From the IMG/VR virus record IMGVR_UViG_3300028840_002119, positions 1 to 56,778 of that record: a stretch of 56,778 nucleotides of DNA, one strand, 5' to 3'. Of the stretch, positions 54,176 to 56,778 are shown one piece after another. The notes under the pieces are model-generated. The model was not told the DNA's origin, did no database searches, and was given only the letters and a program-made list of their open reading frames with translations. The translations under genes were made by a program, and so were the position numbers. How positions within the stretch are numbered: position 1 is the stretch's first letter; each line of letters starts with the position of its first letter. This stretch comes from a virus (taxonomy: Duplodnaviria; Caudoviricetes).

Positions 54176-54964
54176 TTAGTACACCTCTACCTGCACCTCA
54201 GCCCTGAAAAGTTCTTCGGCCAGTTTGTGGCCATTGCCCTTGAGTGCCTGATTGAAGTCCGCGATCCACCGGACTTCGTACTCGTCAAGATCGGGCAGGC
54301 GATGCTTGCTAGGCTGTTGCCACCGCGCCAGCTTACAGTCTTCCAGTCTCAGCGGCTCTTCATCGAAGCACTTCTTGTAGGCGTCAAGGCCGAAACAGTG
54401 CGCAAATGCCCGTTTGTACTCCTCGTATCCGGCCCGACTCAGCGGACCTTCAAGGGAAGTCTCCATCATCGCCATGCACGTCTCCCAGTTCGTGAGCGTC
54501 AGTGCGGGCTTCTTCCAGTCGTGCCCCAACTCGCGATAGGCGTCCTCGAAGTCCGCATCGCCGCCGCCATCCATCTGTAGAGCGTCAAGTCTGTCACGAT
54601 GCCGATTGCTGATCTTCATCAACCTTAGCAAGCGTTCGAGTATGATGTCCACCTTACGCCCTGCAGGACTATGATGGAGATCGCGACTGAACGGCCCGAA
54701 GATACGCACCGGCTGAGTAAGCGCCGCAACCATCGCGTCTACCCAATGTTCTGTGTACCATTGCTCCCAGCGCCCGCGAGGGTGCTCAACGTTGAAATTC
54801 GCGGACTTCGTTTCGGATTCGCTGACGTCGCCATCGTGACCAAGCGCGAAGAGACTATACTGCGCCTTCGGCGGCTTCGCCTTGCGTTCGCTTCGTACCT
54901 GCGGCTGTTCTTCCTCCGCTTCCTCAAATGTGGCACCAAGATCGAAAAGGCTATCCTGTCCCAT
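54176..54964 (-). CDS. Hypothetical protein
   Basis: Start MGQDSLFD at 54964 with GAGGT SD. Confidence 0.65.
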   Translation of the reverse strand: MGQDSLFDLGATFEEAEEEQPQVRSERKAKPPKAQYSLFALGHDGDVSESETKSANFNVEHPRGRWEQWYTEHWVDAMVAALTQPVRIFGPFSRDLHHSPAGRKVDIILERLLRLMKISNRHRDRLDALQMDGGGDADFEDAYRELGHDWKKPALTLTNWETCMAMMETSLEGPLSRAGYEEYKRAFAHCFGLDAYKKCFDEEPLRLEDCKLARWQQPSKHRLPDLDEYEVRWIADFNQALKGNGHKLAEELFRAEVQVEVY

Positions 54965-55520
54965 CGCGCACCTCTGCCATCTGGAACGCCTGAGCAAATA
55001 GAGATGGAACGGCGTCCGGCTCGGGACGTCCAGCACCGGCTATCTCCGCGACCTCGCGTGTCAACCGGAATGCTCGCCGCAGCCCAGGATGATCGACCTC
55101 GACGGCCTCAACCATTTCTTTCCACAACTCGTGCTTGCGATCGCGTTCAGCAGCTTTACCGATCATCGTCTCGAAATACCCTATGACGTGGGCCGTCGTC
55201 CTGCACTTGCATAGCACATCATAGTCAATCGTTAGAGTAAATCCACCGCGTGGCGCGCGCGTGATCGTGGACTGGCAGAACCCTAGCCGTATCCACACTT
55301 CTTCCTCTGCATCGCCCAGATCTGCATCGTCGATGCCCTTCATCGCCGCGACCATCCGGAACATCCGTGAGGATTCCGTCATGTCGCGCAACTCGACGGC
55401 GATCAGGTGTTGATTGCGATATCCCATCACGCAACCCAACGACGTGCCGCCGTACTTCTTTGAAATTTCGTTGCACGCTTCGAGAAGTTCGAGACGTGTC
55501 AACATTAGCCCGTTTTTCAT
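54951..55520 (-). CDS. Hypothetical protein
   Basis: Start MKNGLML at 55520 with GGAGGT SD. Confidence 0.65.
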   Translation of the reverse strand: MKNGLMLTRLELLEACNEISKKYGGTSLGCVMGYRNQHLIAVELRDMTESSRMFRMVAAMKGIDDADLGDAEEEVWIRLGFCQSTITRAPRGGFTLTIDYDVLCKCRTTAHVIGYFETMIGKAAERDRKHELWKEMVEAVEVDHPGLRRAFRLTREVAEIAGAGRPEPDAVPSLFAQAFQMAEVRDGTG

Positions 55521-55553
55521 CTCTGTATGACCTCCAAGAATGGACGGCGGCAA

Positions 55554-56117
55554 TCAGCCGCCGTCCTTGAACACCTTTGCTATCCCCTTCGCTATGGCCG
55601 GCGTGACGCTGTAGATATGCGCCAGTCGAATATATGGAGCATCGCGTCCTGCGCACACCTCGAAGGTCGCCTGAGAGCAGCCTACCTTGTAGCGATCTTG
55701 TTCCTGCCGGACCTCTGTTCCAAGAATCGCCGCTAGCTCGTCTGCGAAGTCTGCGGCCTGCTGTTGGCGCAGCGCCGCGATGTACTGCTGCTCGACGACC
55801 TTCAGATACCGCTCTACGTATTGACCGATGAAGCGCCGTTCGATGTCCTTCGCCACAGACTGTGCATCGCGATCGCGACTGACCGTGATGGATGGACGAT
55901 TCTCAACGATCATCTTTGGCGGGAACTCGCCGGAGATTTGCATCCGGTCTTTTTTGTTCCAGACGATGCCAAAGTGAATCCCTGCACCATCAAGCTCTGG
56001 GGTTATCAACTGCACCCGCTTCTCACGTTCTGCATAGCTCGCGCTATCGAACTCCCAACCATCCAAATACTGCGCCACCTCTATCGCGAAGGCGGCCGTC
56101 TCTGTTGCCTGACTCAT
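55554..56117 (-). CDS. Hypothetical protein
   Basis: Start MSQATET at 56117 with CGGAGGT SD. Confidence 0.7.
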   Translation of the reverse strand: MSQATETAAFAIEVAQYLDGWEFDSASYAEREKRVQLITPELDGAGIHFGIVWNKKDRMQISGEFPPKMIVENRPSITVSRDRDAQSVAKDIERRFIGQYVERYLKVVEQQYIAALRQQQAADFADELAAILGTEVRQEQDRYKVGCSQATFEVCAGRDAPYIRLAHIYSVTPAIAKGIAKVFKDGG

Positions 56118-56133
56118 AGCCCGTTTACCTCCG

Positions 56134-56149
56134 TATTTCCTGGGAAATA
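56134..56149. promoter_or_regulatory. Noc/parS-like palindrome beside a 13-bp hairpin
   Basis: TATTTCCTGGGAAATA adjoining the SD; hairpin GATAGTGGGACGT-cag-ACGTCCCACTATC at 56153-56181. Confidence 0.75.
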
Positions 56150-56190
56150 GAAGATAGTGGGACGTCAGACGTCCCACTATCACCGCCAGA

Positions 56191-56778
56191 TTAGAACAAC
56201 GTCAGTTGTTCATCTTCCGGCCAATCTTTCTGATTTTTCGACCTGCGTTTCGGCCAATCAGGGAAGACCTTTGTATCAGGATTCCACAACTCCGCTGCGT
56301 GTTGCTCGTAAGGGTTGGGAATGTCGGCCTTTGGAATCAGCAGACACCCTTCCTTCAACCAGAATTCGAGGGTGCGCCCCATCCGCTTGCCTTTGCCCGT
56401 GTGATGATCGAACGCATAGTCCGGTATCTCCCACGCTTCTTCGGTCATCCAGCGTTGTGTGATGTAACGCTGGAAGTGATCTGCCAATCTCGTTTTTGGA
56501 GATCGACACATCAGAAGAATGGCGTTTGCCAGCGCGAGACGCGCCGGACCGTCCTTACCGATCTCACGCATCTCGAAGTACATACGGCGTTGTTCTGGAA
56601 TGATGGATAACAACATCGGATTGGCTATGCCAATATCCTCGTTTAAGATCGCCATCAACCTGCGCCATAAGTACATCTCGAATTTTGGTATCATCTCCAT
56701 GCACCAGTACATCGCGTTTTCTTCGTTCCCGCGACGGATGTCCTTTTGCAATGCGGAGATTACATCGAACATTTGATA
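56191..56778 (-). CDS. RarA/MgsA C-terminal-domain-like protein (3' part; starts at 174)
   Basis: DVISALQKDIRRG..ENAMYW, YLWRRL.AI.NEDIGIANP, IPDYAFD.HT..GK.MGR; no ATPase domain. Confidence 0.82.
   Translation of the reverse strand, partial: YQMFDVISALQKDIRRGNEENAMYWCMEMIPKFEMYLWRRLMAILNEDIGIANPMLLSIIPEQRRMYFEMREIGKDGPARLALANAILLMCRSPKTRLADHFQRYITQRWMTEEAWEIPDYAFDHHTGKGKRMGRTLEFWLKEGCLLIPKADIPNPYEQHAAELWNPDTKVFPDWPKRRSKNQKDWPEDEQLTLF
56635..56778. repeat. Terminal direct repeat (identical to 1-144)
   Basis: Exact match to the window start. Confidence 0.95.

Noticed and set aside
1038-56776. Many overlapping antisense ORFs in the track (e.g. 13347-14099, 21278-21982, 53750-54580)
   Set aside because: Shadow frames of real genes with no SD or motif support; no tRNA or rRNA was seen either.

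Overview
The window is a complete, circularly assembled tailed-phage genome of about 56.6 kb; bases 1-144 are repeated exactly at 56635-56778. It is siphovirus-like: lambda GpA-type terminase, DUF935/Mu-like portal fused to a MuF-like domain, Mu-like protease, capsid, tail tube, frameshifted tail chaperone, an 1845-aa tape measure and a LamG/CBM tail fibre. The host is probably Chloroflexota-like (inference only). I recognised no integrase, CI-type repressor or endolysin. The most unusual content is non-coding. (1) Four type II hammerhead ribozymes sit at gene junctions of the leftward early operons. (2) A divergent promoter pair at about 16.1-16.5 kb has a terminator in each leader, both preceded by the same 13-nt box, and a separately promoted ~70-nt small RNA is complementary to that box, suggesting an RNA-only immunity or replication switch. 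(3) Nine Noc-binding-site-like 16-bp palindromes are dispersed genome-wide, alongside a ParB protein with Noc-like specificity residues inside a PRTRC (E1/E2/JAB/Ubl) cassette. (4) Late promoters have leader terminators, two sharing a 13-nt box. (5) LexA-like boxes abut the -35 of three promoters. There is also a ParB-like/GREB1-like glycosyltransferase/sulfotransferase cluster coupled to the terminase genes, and an FtsK plus membrane-protein module. All family assignments are from motif recognition by eye; no database search was run.
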